Origin: Octopus bimaculoides
Taxonomy: Eukaryota
Direction of reading: 5' to 3'
DNA length: 51,508 nucleotides
Assembly (NCBI RefSeq): GCF_001194135.2
Contig: NC_068986.1
Span: 84,240,489-84,291,996, forward strand
Part shown: positions 1 to 12,993 of the stretch, piece after piece
How positions within the stretch are numbered: the stretch's first letter is position 1
Layout of the letters: each line of letters starts with the position of its first letter
Notes under the pieces: generated by a model
Told to the model about the DNA's origin: nothing
Databases searched by the model: none
Seen by the model: only the letters and a program-made list of their open reading frames with translations
Translations under genes and position numbers: made by a program

Positions 1-57
<57 letters not shown>

Positions 58-287
58 ATTTTAAACGAGCATACGTGTGTCTATGCTTCTATATAATACA
101 CAAACACTCTTACTCATATACACATATACACATATATGCAGACATACATATATATACATATATACATACATGTAGATGTTGTATATGTTAGGTGCGTAAT
201 GTGTGTATGTATGTATGTATGTATGTATGTATGTGCATGCGTGTGTGTATGTATGTATGTACATGCAGTCTGTGTTTATGTGTGCAT

Positions 288-322
<35 letters not shown>

Positions 323-330
323 CGTGTTTT
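1..330. repeat. Compound (TA)n/(TG)n/(TATG)n microsatellite
   Basis: Directly visible di- and tetranucleotide arrays; the overlapping ORFs are repeat translations. Confidence 0.97.
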
Positions 331-334
331 TTGT

Positions 335-402
335 ATTCTTTTATTCTTTTGCTTGTTACAGTCATCTGGCTGTGGCCATGCTGGAGCACCGCCTTTTATG
401 AT
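335..402 (-). mobile_element. 3' tip of SINE family D
   Basis: Reverse complement of the aaggcggtgctccagcatggcc...aaagaataaaagaat tail seen in the fuller copies at 16435-16630 and 21091-21499. Confidence 0.75.
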
Positions 403-459
403 GCATGCAATTTATGTTCATATATTACGAAGCGCGGTTGTGACAGTCGCAGCTGTAGC

Positions 460-586
460 GGCTACAACAACAGCAACAACAATAACAACAACAACAACAA
501 TAACAACAACACTTTCAACAGAAACACCAGCAACATAGCAATTACAATACTACGACTACGACGGGGACGACTACGACGACCACAGC

Positions 587-623
<37 letters not shown>

Positions 624-746
624 GCAGCTGCAATTGAAACGGTAAAAGAAAACACGAGCAACATTAATATAAACAGTTGCGAAAATATTAAAGGTGCATA
701 TTTGTGCAGCAGTTATCGCTGCAGTAATTACACCACCACCACCACC

Positions 747-799
<53 letters not shown>

Positions 800-1699
800 A
801 AACAACAACAACAACAACAGTAGCAAACACAGACAGCAAATATCTCCGCCGACGTCGTCATTACNNNNNNNNNNNNNNNNNNNNNNNNNNNNNNNNNNNN
901 NNNNNNNNNNNNNNNNNNNNNNNNNNNNNNNNNNNNNNNNNNNNNNNNNNNNNNNNNNNNNNNNNNNNNNNNNNNNNNNNNNNNNNNNNNNNNNNNNNNN
1001 NNNNNNNNNNNNNNNNNNNNNNNNNNNNNNNNNNNNNNNNNNNNNNNNNNNNNNNNNNNNNNNNNNNNNNNNNNNNNNNNNNNNNNNNNNNNNNNNNNNN
1101 NNNNNNNNNNNNNNNNNNNNNNNNNNNNNNNNNNNNNNNNNNNNNNNNNNNNNNNNNNNNNNNNNNNNNNNNNNNNNNNNNNNNNNNNNNNNNNNNNNNN
1201 NNNNNNNNNNNNNNNNNNNNNNNNNNNNNNNNNNNNNNNNNNNNNNNNNNNNNNNNNNNNNNNNNNNNNNNNNNNNNNNNNNNNNNNNNNNNNNNNNNNN
1301 NNNNNNNNNNNNNNNNNNNNNNNNNNNNNNNNNNNNNNNNNNNNNNNNNNNNNNNNNNNNNNNNNNNNNNNNNNNNNNNNNNNNNNNNNNNNNNNNNNNN
1401 NNNNNNNNNNNNNNNNNNNNNNNNNNNNNNNNNNNNNNNNNNNNNNNNNNNNNNNNNNNNNNNNNNNNNNNNNNNNNNNNNNNNNNNNNNNNNNNNNNNN
1501 NNNNNNNNNNNNNNNNNNNNNNNNNNNNNNNNNNNNNNNNNNNNNNNNNNNNNNNNNNNNNNNNNNNNNNNNNNNNNNNNNNNNNNNNNNNNNNNNNNNN
1601 NNNNNNNNNNNNNNNNNNGTGGTGGTGGTGGTGGTGGTAGTAGTAGTAGTAGTAGTGGTGGTGGTGGTGGTGGTGGTGGTAGTAGTAGTAGTAGTGGTG

Positions 1700-1752
<53 letters not shown>

Positions 1753-1841
1753 GGTAGTAGTAGTAGTAGTAGTGGTAGTAGTAGCAGCAGCAGCAGCAGC
1801 GGCGGCAGAACAGCTGTAGTAGTGATAGCAGTAGTAGTAGC

Positions 1842-1885
<44 letters not shown>

Positions 1886-2743
1886 CAGCAGCAGCAAGAA
1901 ATAACAATATGAATAATGCAGCAAGGACAACGTCAACAACAAACAGCACCGATAACTGCAGTAGTAGCTGTAACAACAACAACAACAACAACAACACAGC
2001 AAGAACAATAATAATAATAATAATAATAATATGAACAACAACAATAATAGAAGTAGTAACATCGATAACAGCAGCAGCAGCAACAACAACAACAACGGAG
2101 AACAATACGAAGAGTAATAAGTAACATCGCCACTACCACTACCACCACCGCCGCCGCCGCCATACCACCACCACCACCACNNNNNNNNNNNNNNNNNNNN
2201 NNNNNNNNNNNNNNNNNNNNNNNNNNNNNNNNNNNNNNNNNNNNNNNNNNNNNNNNNNNNNNNNNNNNNNNNNNNNNNNNNNNNNNNNNNNNNNNNNNNN
2301 NNNNNNNNNNNNNNNNNNNNNNNNNNNNNNNNNNNNNNNNNNNNNNNNNNNNNNNNNNNNNNNNNNNNNNNNNNNNNNNNNNNNNNNNNNNNNNNNNNNN
2401 NNNNNNNNNNNNNNNNNNNNNNNNNNNNNNNNNNNNNNNNNNNNNNNNNNNNNNNNNNNNNNNNNNNNNNNNNNNNNNNNNNNNNNNNNNNNNNNNNNNN
2501 NNNNNNNNNNNNNNNNNNNNNNNNNNNNNNNNNNNNNNNNNNNNNNNNNNNNNNNNNNNNNNNNNNNNNNNNNNNNNNNNNNNNNNNNNNNNNNNNNNNN
2601 NNNNNNNNNNNNNNNNNNNNNNNNNNNNNNNNNNNNNNNNNNNNNNNNNNNNNNNNNNNNNNNNNNNNNNNNNNNNNNNNNNNNACCACCACCACCACCA
2701 CTACTACTACTACTACCCCACCGCCGCCAACACCACCACCACC

Positions 2744-2804
<61 letters not shown>

Positions 2805-2900
2805 TTTCAATGCTATGATGATGATGATGATGATCATGGTAATGTTGCATGTTAATGCTCTTCCATGCTGCAGTTGTTGTTGTTGCTATAGTGACAGCCA
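460..2900. repeat. Mosaic trinucleotide repeat block (AAC, ACC, ACG, CAG, GGT, AGT, AAT, GAT) with gaps at 865-1618 and 2181-2684
   Basis: Directly visible triplet runs; the homopolymeric ORFs are artefacts. Confidence 0.95.
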
Positions 2901-2949
2901 TTCTATTGTTAATGCATATACTCGTCGTCGAGGATATTAGTTGTCTTTA

Positions 2950-5750
2950 TCGATATTGTTTATATTCCAGTCGGAAAGCCTAGTCAAGACCGGGATAAAT
3001 CGTTTGTCACAAACTCATCAATGAAACCCCATAGATGTACCGTGACCCAGAAGTCGTTGTTGAGCTTCCCCCCCCCACTTTTTATACCCTCTCCCACCAC
3101 CATCAGTTTGTTGATGTCAAGCATAATTCAAAGACAGCGACATGATTCGACATGTTTTTCTCCAAAACTTATTATCTGTCGCTACCTTTTGTTATGCTGG
3201 TAAGAGGGCATTGTCTTCTTAATGGAGTCACAAACGGATTTCATTGGTGCATCCGTTGGGCAGTGACGTTCTCTATGTAAAGACTACAGGATCTGGTTGA
3301 GCACTCCGGTGTTAGGGCCTCTTTTCTACATGCCCTAAGTATCAATTTTTTTTTTCTTGACCAAAGATGGTTTGGATTTTTGTTAATGGATTTTGTTTCT
3401 CTGACTACATCAGTGATGTTCAGGTTCGATCGCAGTTTTGGTTAATAAAATCTCTCATGGAGAATGATATTCCATCATAGAATCACAGACTTGGGCAGAG
3501 TGTCGACATGGTTCAATGTACAACCTGACCCACCCACATTTTGTCCTGAATCTCCAGTTTCAGACGAGATGCTGCGGAGATTGGTGAAGGAAAAGATTGT
3601 CTTTGTTATGAGTAAAAAGAAATGCATCGGAAGTGGTTTGTAGATCAGATTCACTTAAAAAGGAAGAGTTTTGTGATCAGTATACAGTATCTCGCACATC
3701 GTTGTCATATATGAAAGGTTTGTCGATTTATGTCAGATAGACATAAAAGTTCTCCATCGTATCTGTATTCAATGGCACGTCCATGCTTGAATTCAATGTT
3801 TATTTTCAACAAGGCAATCGATGATTTGGACATCGGGAGAAAGTTCACCGTTGTAAGACACTGAAACTTTCATGTCATCTTGATTTGACTGAACCTTTCC
3901 GTTGAAAAGGTCAGGGCGTCAAGTCTTTCTTTTTTCAAGTACTTTGCATCAGACAGGGCTGGAAATTATCTCAAAGTCTAAAACGATCATAGATGAAAAG
4001 AGTCGGTTTCTGATTTTTTCCTGAAGTCGTCTGGTAGCAAAAGATAAAAAAAGATAATTCCACCATGCCTGGTTGAGAAGAAACCACATTGTGACTTTAG
4101 CAATATTTGTTCAGATAGTTGGTTAAGTCAGATCAGCAGTATTGGAGATAAGAATTTACCAGCTAATGATACTGAAGTGATTTTTCTGTAATTTCTACAT
4201 ATCACATGGTCACATTGCTTGCAAATGGTTTCAATGTTCAGAGATCCTCGTTTCGAAATTCATAGAATGCAAATAATGGAGATTAACTTCCAATGATTGT
4301 CTTCTTTGTTTGTAGGAATAAAATCAGGACCAGGGGCTTGTTGTCAAACTTTTGGTAGTTGCCAGTGTTCAGCCCCTTGCTAGTCGGCGCTGGTGACATC
4401 CATTTTTTTTCTAGGAAAATATTAGAAAATCAACATGGTAGTTATAAGTGAAAGTAGGTGTTCTGTCCAGTAGGCTGTGGAAATGTTCACTCAAGTAGTT
4501 CGAAGTTGCTTTGTTATCTGTCAAGACACTATCGTCTCATGTCTTCAGTGACGTTGGTACTGTTTTGGCTGGGCCATAGATAACACAGCAAAGATATCAC
4601 GCATACGATATTGGTCGATTTAACTTTGGATTTCATTAGCTTTGGATTGTCATCAGTCATATCGAATTCTGCGGATTTATTTGAACATTCCACGTTAAGA
4701 CGTTAATAGATGTCGTCGATTTTGGATCGATTTTCATTTTCTCTAATAACTTTGGTGTTCTGGAATCTTTATTTGCCACCTTCACTTCCATTGAGTGTTA
4801 CTAATTACAGCTAGATAACGGACCTTGGAAGATATTTTCTATGAGATGATCCTTGCCTTGGTTTAGGTGCAGATCCTTCACCAGCTTCGATTATGCAGCA
4901 AACCACACACACTAGGACATTTATTTTCATACTTCTCACTTAAAAGAAAATATATCTGCGACCAGTTTTTACTACTTGACCATTAACTGTTAGTCTGGTT
5001 GCAGCAAGTAAAACAGTGTCAAAGGTGAAACTTAATACTTGTATGGTGATGAGAGTAATTGAAGGTCTTGCTTTTCGATGTTCCCCTTATCTTGTAGAGT
5101 TTGACTATTGTATGTTCCAGCGAAAGATTGTTGCAACCACAACATGGATACCTTACTTGATGTGGTTTTCTATTAAAAACCTGGAGAAAGGCAATTTTTA
5201 GATCAACCTTTCTAGGTCGTTTCTCGTCGTGTGTCTATGCGTGTATGTGTGTGTGGGTGTGAGCGTGTGTGTGCGTACGTGCATATGGGTTTCCTTAGCT
5301 GTCCCCATCACAAAAATAGTTACTGAGTCCAGGCGTTATAGATTAGACATAAAGAAAACTTTCGCATAAGATGCCCCTGTATGAAGCTTGTTTCCATCAG
5401 CTTTCGTGGGCCGTTATTGGACTTTGGAAAATGAGTTAAAATCCTGAGGTTACTCGCCAGGGGACTTTGACATGTGCGGGTAAAGCTTCGAGAGAAAATA
5501 TCGTGAGTTCGAACTTGATTTTCAACGTCCATGCAATTATCGCGCGACAGTGTTGAGATGACAGGTGAGTGCAGAGAGATGCCAATACTCTCTAGTTCAC
5601 CTTGAGATATCTCAGTGTATGAGTGACAATGCTAACTTGTACCCCCGTCTTGACTGCTGATATTTCTAGTGCTGCTAGGCTACTCCCCAAGGTCCATACG
5701 AATCCTTGCGATAATCGGTCACTTGCCAGTAGTAATATGCAACCAGTAGC
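2950..5750 (-). mobile_element. Near full-length decayed RTE-clade LINE (APE endonuclease + reverse transcriptase), many stops and frameshifts
   Basis: Minus-strand translation gives RTE motifs in colinear order: APE N-terminus-like IIAWTLK..SGF (~5540-5440), IYGPAK..EHFHSLLDR (~4580-4470), KAPGPD (~4340), NYRKITSVSLAGKFL..SQCGF (~4200-4090), RRLQEK (~4020), DDMKVSVSYNGELS (~3880), degenerate RDLLYADD then SESDLQ (~3700-3640), YLGHVE (~3340), DSIKKTM (~3220). Confidence 0.9.
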
Positions 5751-6687
5751 AGTTTGATTCCATGGCCACGAAAAGAGCTGAAGAAAATGCTACTGATGCC
5801 ATTAGGCATTTTGTCTGACGTACTATCCATTGAGCCAGCTCTGAAGGCAAATGCATTCGATGCATTCATGCATACAATACATATGATTATTAAAAGATGG
5901 ACGTGTGAGTTAGGACAAACAAATTACATAAAAACTCTGAGTTTCTAACATGGCAAAACTAAGAACATATAAATGGAAAACCGATCAGTGTAACCAACAG
6001 TGCTGGTTAAACAGCCCTTCCAATTTCTGTAAGCACTGTTCAAAATGATTAAATCTAGAACCATATGTTGGGAGTTTTTGAGACAAAGTAAAGAAGAAGA
6101 GGACAAAGGTTGATATGTAAGACGGCGTAAACAATAGAAGAGCAGGTTATCAATGACTTATATTTTTGGTAGAGACTACTGAGAAAAATATCATCCCTCG
6201 CTAGTTTCGTACGAGAACAATTTAAGTTGCATTTTTGTTGGGAATGAGAAAAGTTCTACCTCATAGAAGATTAGTTCCCCTTTAGAAGATGGATAAAATT
6301 CATCAACATGGGGCCCCCTTTCATGGGAGATTACATCCTGTATTTACTGATTACCTTTTGAATTTTTATCTACGTTTTGTGGTGTCTTTTTTCGGTTTAT
6401 ACATTATATTTTGCAAAGGTATATCAGCCTTGCTCGGCTTCAATTTGATTACTATCCTCAAAAGTAGACAGGGTAGTACTGTTGTGTGATCTTCAGATCA
6501 TCCCTTTCTAGAATTCGCTGGTACTGTTGCAGCAGTCGGTCACTCTGTACTTCGAGCTCTTCCGTACTACCATCGCCGATTATATTTGGGTGTAGGGGTG
6601 AGAAGTGGATTCCTCAAATTTCTGTTTAACTCTTAGAAATAAAGATTAAGCGATATATGTCGATGTCTCCGAAGTCGTGCCTGCCTA

Positions 6688-6781
6688 GCAGCAGCAACAG
6701 CAGCAGCAACAGCAGCAGCAACAGCAGCAGCAACAGCAGCAGCAACAGCAGCCGCCGCCGTAAAAGCAGCAGCAGCAGCAA

Positions 6782-6815
<34 letters not shown>
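6688..6815. repeat. (AGC)/(AACAGCAGC)n and (AGT)n repeat
   Basis: Directly visible. Confidence 0.95.
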
Positions 6816-6816
<1 letters not shown>

Positions 6817-6829
6817 TCTGTTGGTTTAG

Positions 6830-7300
6830 TGTTGCCACTTTCTGCTCTCCATCTCTTCTGGACAGAAAGCCCTTAATGACTTTTACTATCTCATATGTAG
6901 CAGCTGACTTTTAGACATTAAGCTGACTTTTAGAGACTTTCCTTCGGCATCCACTACAGGGCACAACTGTGGGTTAGTTCTGTGTTCTTGTAGACTCACA
7001 AGAACTTGTGTGTCCATAATTACCTGCCCCTGGACTTCATTTCAGCGATAACAACGTTTCCATATTGCACCACGGAGGTGATGAGCAATCAGGGTTCGAC
7101 TTTGTCACCGATGTTCTTCATGACGACTCTCGTACTCCCTTGCTCCAAATACTGTGATATCAGTCTATGGGCAGATGTATGTAAGCTTGTGCTTTCGTCT
7201 GTTCTTGAAAGCAAAATAAAGCGTACCGTGGCATATTCTTTCTCACAATGAAGGAAATTTATCTGTAAGTACCGCCTCTGACTATTCTTTAGAAGATACA
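6830..7300 (-). mobile_element. Possible decayed LINE ORF1-like fragment
   Basis: Minus-strand peptide ..SQYLEQGSTRVVMKNIGDKVEP*LLITSVVQYG.. loosely resembles the RRM-type ORF1 of L1/Tx1-like elements; weak, by-eye resemblance only. Confidence 0.25.
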
Positions 7301-7459
7301 AGGGAAATCCTTGAAAATATGCATTGCAAGCAAAGGTAAGTTACTTTTCTCTTTCACTAGGGGAATAGCTTCTGGTTGAGATGCACTCATTTTAGAGACG
7401 CAATATAAATTTTGGTACAAGGTCAGCATTTTTTTTTGTGGGGTGGGTTATTCAAATGG

Positions 7460-7590
7460 AATATATTTTATAGACCCCAAAAAGATGTGGGGCAAAGTCG
7501 GCATCTGCGGAATTTGAACGAATAGATGAAAGAAATGCCCCAAGCAATTTGTCCGGCGTGGTAACGATTCTGCCTGCACGCCGCTTTATT
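7460..7590 (-). mobile_element. SINE family C, 5' part, diverged
   Basis: Reverse complement resembles the head of the copy at 17083-17319. Confidence 0.7.
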
Positions 7591-8059
7591 TTAGAGACAT
7601 AATATTCCAATGCCATTTTTTCAAGTAAAATATTTCATAGCAAGATTCCTCTTGTGTAAAAATTTGCTCATAAATAACATGGTTCACCAGTATTCAAACA
7701 GTTTCGTTTAACAATGTGTGTGAACGCGTGAATGTTATTGTTTTTGCTGTATGTGCTGTTCCTGTTGTGAAAGTCATGTTTGCAATGTTAGAGCTTTTGT
7801 AAGTAAATATTGTTTTTAGTTTCTTAAGTTAGAAATCTGTAAGCTAAATACTGTTCCTTTTTTTCCTTTTTCGGAACTACTTTGGTTTGTTAAATATTAT
7901 TGTTTTTCCTTCTTTTCTTTTCTTTTTTTTTTTGTGTAAGAGCATTCCCCTTTAACGGTAGACCATTATTGGCTTGAACTTGAAAAGTGAAAAAGAATTG
8001 AATTATTTAAATAAAAGTCATCAAAAAAGGATGTAGTGAAGTTGTTATGGGGCTTTAAT

Positions 8060-8365
8060 ATAGAAACCAACAGAAGAATAGAACACAAGCTTGATATCAT
8101 AGTCGTATATAAGAAGAAACTGCTTATTGTAAACGACGAGGCTTGGCCATTTGACATCAAAGTAAAAAGAAAGAAAAAAATGGAAATGTGGAGTATTATC
8201 TTGATTTAGTATGAAATCCTCAAGTGATGGAACAGAGAAGTCAGCAAGGTCATGATACTGCCCTTTATCACTGAGGCCTTGGGAACAGTGACAAAGATAC
8301 GGGAGAAAACTATGTAAAGCATGACTTTAAACTAAAACTGGATGCATTAAAGAAAACAACTCAAG
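8060..8365 (+). mobile_element. REL-type (R4/Dong-like) non-LTR retrotransposon 3' fragment 1
   Basis: Translates as RRIEHKLDIIVVYKKK..AWPFDIKVK..YEILK*WN..ILPFITEALGTVTK, matching the PD-(D/E)xK REL domain and its C-terminal GALG motif. Confidence 0.8.
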
Positions 8366-8399
8366 TAAGATACCCAGAAAGTATGAACAGACATGAAGT

Positions 8400-8830
8400 A
8401 ATGAGAACAGATTATACTGAATGCTTCTCATCCCAAAGCATGAGATGTGGTTCGGTAGAAAGCATAATTTTACAAAATACAACACCAATACTGCGCAGCA
8501 GAATAGTGATAATAAACAGGAAACCAGTTATGATTATAGAGGGAAAAAGAAGCATATAGTATAGAATCATAGGCTTTGCAATACCATATAATAATAGAGA
8601 GGATATCAAAGAGATTGAAAAGAATGAGAAATATCAGGATCTAGTCAGAGAGATAAAGAGATTGGGAAAGATTTAGACAACAATTGTGGTAACTGGTGCT
8701 CTTGGAACAAACACCTAAATTGCTACCTAAGATGCTGAAAGATATTTGAATGGAGACACACAATGTCAACCTGCAGAAATGTGTCATCTTGTATTCTGCA
8801 AAAATCCTAAGAAAGGATTCTTGTGATTTG
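8400..8830 (+). mobile_element. REL-type (R4/Dong-like) 3' fragment 2
   Basis: IIGFAIPYNNREDIKEIEKNEKYQDLVREIKRL..VVTGALGT..NLQKCVILYSAKILRK, a clear REL C-terminus. Confidence 0.9.
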
Positions 8831-8879
8831 AGGAGACTAGTTGTCACGAAACATCAAAACAACAACTTTGCTAACTACT

Positions 8880-10440
8880 ATCATATGGAAAATATACGGC
8901 AAGAACTGGAAACAAAACTGAAGGCAGAAGAAAAATGCATAATAATAATACAGATTACAAAACCTAACTACTATAATACCACAGAGAATATAAGTCTACA
9001 AAAAAAAAAAAACTACCTCTAGAAGATAGGCGGTATGCAGCAAAGGCTGATGTTATAAAGATCGATTATTGATCAGCAAAATAATCGAAATCTATAGAAT
9101 GAATTAGGAAGGTGATAACATAGCATGGATTGATTATTAGAAGGCTTTAATAATGTTACACTCAAATGGATCCTGGAAGTATTAAACATGAACAAAGTGG
9201 CGCTAATAATAAGAAATATTAAATAAATCATTACTAAATGTCCAGGAATCATGAATATAGGCACATAAAAGTGACTTGTAGAAATTAAATCTATCTCTTT
9301 CATTCAGAAAACTAGTATTCTAGGGGCGACTCCCTGTCTCGACTCCTTTTCTGCTTGCAACTAGCATATTAAGCCACAGTGTATTCAGATGCAAATGCTA
9401 TGAGAAGGCTATCAGCTATCATTTGTTAATAAAGATCCTCAGTTTGTATGTTGTTGACAGTAAGCAGAAACGCTGCTACAGATGATACAAAGATTTACTT
9501 AAAAAATTGGTATGTGATGTGAATTAGAAACATGCTTCAAATGAACCTGAAAGCGGGGAAAATATATTAAGAATGCTAGTATTATGCTAGATATAGAAAC
9601 AGTGATAAATAAACTGCATCAAATAGAGACTTACATATACTTAAGAATCAATGAGGTAGACAGCGTGCATTCAAATGAAAAGATTATAAAAATAGATTGA
9701 TGTTTGACAAAAAAGGTATTTACTATTAGCTGTCTTAGTAGTAAATAATTTTATAATATTCTCAACCAGACGCTAATGAATTAGAAAGACTAAACTGGAA
9801 AGCAAGGAAGATGAGAACAAAATTTATAATACATTCCAGACCTCACATAGAAAGACTATATTTACCAATATAGGGATTTGTGCATCAAGAAAACTATTAT
9901 AATGTAGGACTATAAAAATATCTAGTAAAGAATAATGGGAAAATAATTCAAATAGCTAGACAAAAACAAACAAAATAATTGTTTCTCAGTCTCCATGAAA
10001 ACTGACAAATGCAAAACAGGCTGAAATACATGTAGTTGTGAAGATTAAAGAGAAACAACAGAAATGATGAAACAATTGATGACAAAAGTAAAACGTCGTT
10101 CTACAGAAGGCCTTTTTTAAACGATCGCAGGGAAAGCCCTTTCATGACCAATGCCTGCAAAAGTTTAAAAAGAAAAACTGAGCAGGCCTAAATAGGTTAA
10201 ACCCCGACCCTCAAAAAGCCATTGTGGCTCTGATTGAATAGCACAATACTAAAAGAGCACTATAAACAATAAAAGAGCATACGATGAAGTAGAATATATC
10301 CAGTTACTGAGAGTTATCTGGACTTTAAGAAGTAAAATAAATAATATTGAGTGGGGTTACTCAGTCTTAGCCAAGAGAAAATACATCTTCAAACATGAAT
10401 GTTATTGTAGCCGAAAGTTGTTGCAGTATGTTGTTGTACC
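8880..10440 (+). mobile_element. REL-type (R4/Dong-like) RT body through the CCHC region, decayed
   Basis: Degenerate AWIDYxKAF motif and KWILEVLNMNKVA (~9120-9200), GDSLSRLLFCL (~9325-9360), ELERL..RKMRTKF..HIERLYLP (~9780-9870), QGKPL (~10130), GYSVLAKRKYIFKH (~10355-10395). Confidence 0.85.
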
Positions 10441-11064
10441 AGGATTGCATGAGATACCCATACCACACAGAACATTGTTGTTGTTGGCAGTCTGTTGCTT
10501 ACGACGTCGAGGGTTCCAGTTGATCCGATCAACGGAACAGCCTGCTCGTGAAATTAACGTGCAAGTGGCTGAGCACTCCACAGACACGTGTACCCTTAAC
10601 GTAGTTCTCGGGGATATTCAGCGTGACCCAATGTGACAAGGCTGACCCTTTGATTTACAGGCACAACAGAAACAGGAAGAAAGAGTGAGAGAAAGTTGTG
10701 GTGAAAGAGTACAGCATGATTCGCCACTATCTCCTGCCGGGGGCTCGTGGAGCTTTTAGGTGTTTTCGCTCAATAAACACTCACAAAGACCGGTCTGGGA
10801 ATTGAAACCGCGATCCTATGACCGCGAGTCCGCTGCCCTAACCACTGGGCCATTGCGCCTCTATACAGAACCTATGAAGCAGAATATATCCAGTTACTGT
10901 AGAATATCTGGAGTTTAGGAATCAAAATAAATAATAATAACTGGGGCTACTTAGTCTTAGCCAAGAGAAAATACATTTCTAACATACAAGTTGCTGCAGC
11001 CGAAATTTGTTGATGTATGTGGTTGTACCAGGATTGCCTGAGATACCCGTACTACACAGAACAT
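10286..11064. repeat. Diverged ~190 bp direct repeat pair (10286-10475 and 10876-11064) bracketing a SINE
   Basis: Both copies run gaag(t/c)agaatatatccagttactg...cacagaacat; roughly 80-85% identical by eye. Confidence 0.9.
10476..10861 (-). mobile_element. Full-length tRNA-derived SINE (family B)
   Basis: Minus strand begins gaggcgcaatggcccagtggttagggcagcggactcgcggtcataggatcgcggtttcaattccc (A-box/B-box like); 3' half matches 31960-32105; ends in a (CAA)n-like tail. Confidence 0.9.
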
Positions 11065-11189
11065 ATGTATGGTTCTGAGTTGACTAGCATTCCTCTATTC
11101 CCTCCCCTCAATATTCGACAAGCGTTGAATTCGTACTTAATACATGATCCACACTGTGCCAACCAGCGACATTCATACTGTCCATAGTC

Positions 11190-11451
11190 AATTGTTGCGT
11201 TCCGTTGCTACCACCACAACCATAACCACAACCACAACCACAACCACAACCACAATCACAATCACAGTCACAAACACGACTACCACCTCTAAACCACCAC
11301 TGCTGTCGACGCCAACACTGCCAAGACCACCACCACGACAGCAGTCTCCATCACCATCGCCGCCGTTATTACCACAACCACCACTATCACTAACATCCCA
11401 TTCAACACAAACACCCCGTCCACCAACACCACCACAATTATCGTTCGTCGG

Positions 11452-11514
<63 letters not shown>

Positions 11515-11946
11515 CACTACTACTTTTAGAGCGGCGTCATTGCCAGCGACCTGCTGCCATGTTGCAGNNNNNNNNNNNNNNNNNNNNNNNNNNNNNNNNN
11601 NNNNNNNNNNNNNNNNNNNNNNNNNNNNNNNNNNNNNNNNNNNNNNNNNNNNNNNNNNNNNNNNNNNNNNNNNNNNNNNNNNNNNNNNNNNNNNNNNNNN
11701 NNNNNNNNNNNNNNNNNNNNNNNNNNNNNNNNNNNNNNNNNNNNNNNNNNNNNNNNNNNNNNNNNNNNNNNNNNNNNNNNNNNNNNNNNNNNNNNNNNNN
11801 NNNNNNNNNNNNNNNNNNNNNNNNNNNNNNNNNNNNNNNNNNNNNNNNNNNNNNNNNNNNNNNNNNNNNNNNNNNNNNNNNNNNNNNNNNNNNNNNNNNN
11901 NNNNNNNNNNNNNNNNNNNNNNNNNNNNNNNNNNNNNNNNNNNNNN

Positions 11947-11986
<40 letters not shown>

Positions 11987-12600
11987 CATCATACCGTCAA
12001 TATCAACACTGCCACAATCCCCACCACCATCACCACCACCACCGTCATTGTCGCTGTCGTCGTCGCTGTCGTCGTCGTCGTCGTCGTCGTCGTCATGATC
12101 ATGATGATGATCATGATGATAATCATCATCATCGTCGTCGTCGTCGTCGTCCTCCTCCTCATCATCAATGTCATTACAATCGTCGCTGTCGTTCGTTTCA
12201 CCCTCATTAACGTCTATTGGCGCTATCTTCAACCCTATCTTGCAATAACTGCTGCAGGGTATCGACAACAGTAGGTTGCAAGAACAGCAGGAAACGGCTG
12301 CAAGGGAAGCAACAGCAACAACAACAACAACAACACAGTGATAGCAGCAGCAGGTTGCAACTTCGGGGGATGCAGCAACAACATAAACAACAACAACAGC
12401 AGCAGCAGCAGCAGCAACAGTGACTGCAGCTGGTGCAGCTGGTAAAGACAGAAACACAAGTGATGACTTTCGGGCGATGTGGGAATAACGACACAAATGG
12501 CCTTAAGATAGGAAGTGAGTCTGTAGTGACTGTGGTGGTGGTGGTGGTGGTGGTGGATGTGGTGATGGTGGTGGTGGCGGTGAGTTTTGACAAGATAGCA
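11190..12600. repeat. Mosaic trinucleotide block (ACC, ACT, CAT, GTC, CAG, AAC, GTG) with gap at 11568-11946
   Basis: Directly visible. Confidence 0.95.
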
Positions 12601-12955
12601 AAAGCAAAAATAAACAATAGCAGCCTGAGTCATTTTTACACAGTCATATATACATTAAATATGTGTTATGTGTCATCACATAAAACACAAACACACACAC
12701 ACACACACACGTACACGCACAGATAGATTGGTAGATAGATAGCTAGATAGATACATACATTCAAACACACATACATGCATATACATTCATAAATACATAC
12801 ATATATATAAATACATACACATATATGGATCAATGTCTTTCTTGTCACATTAGAAATTCCTCGATCAATATGTATATTATAAAAAGCGTATTATCATATA
12901 CATCTATCTGTGTGTGTATATATGTATGTATATGTGTATGTATGAATATATGCAC

Positions 12956-12989
<34 letters not shown>

Positions 12990-12993
<4 letters not shown>

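Noticed and set aside
136-2701. Long ORFs of 170-657 aa with poly-Q/N/T/G/S tracts
   Set aside because: They are translations of triplet repeats and N-runs, open in several frames on both strands with no domain content
11144-12633. Pro/Thr/His/Asp/Gln-rich ORFs resembling mucins or transcription factors
   Set aside because: Entirely simple repeats spanning a gap; no splice or compositional support
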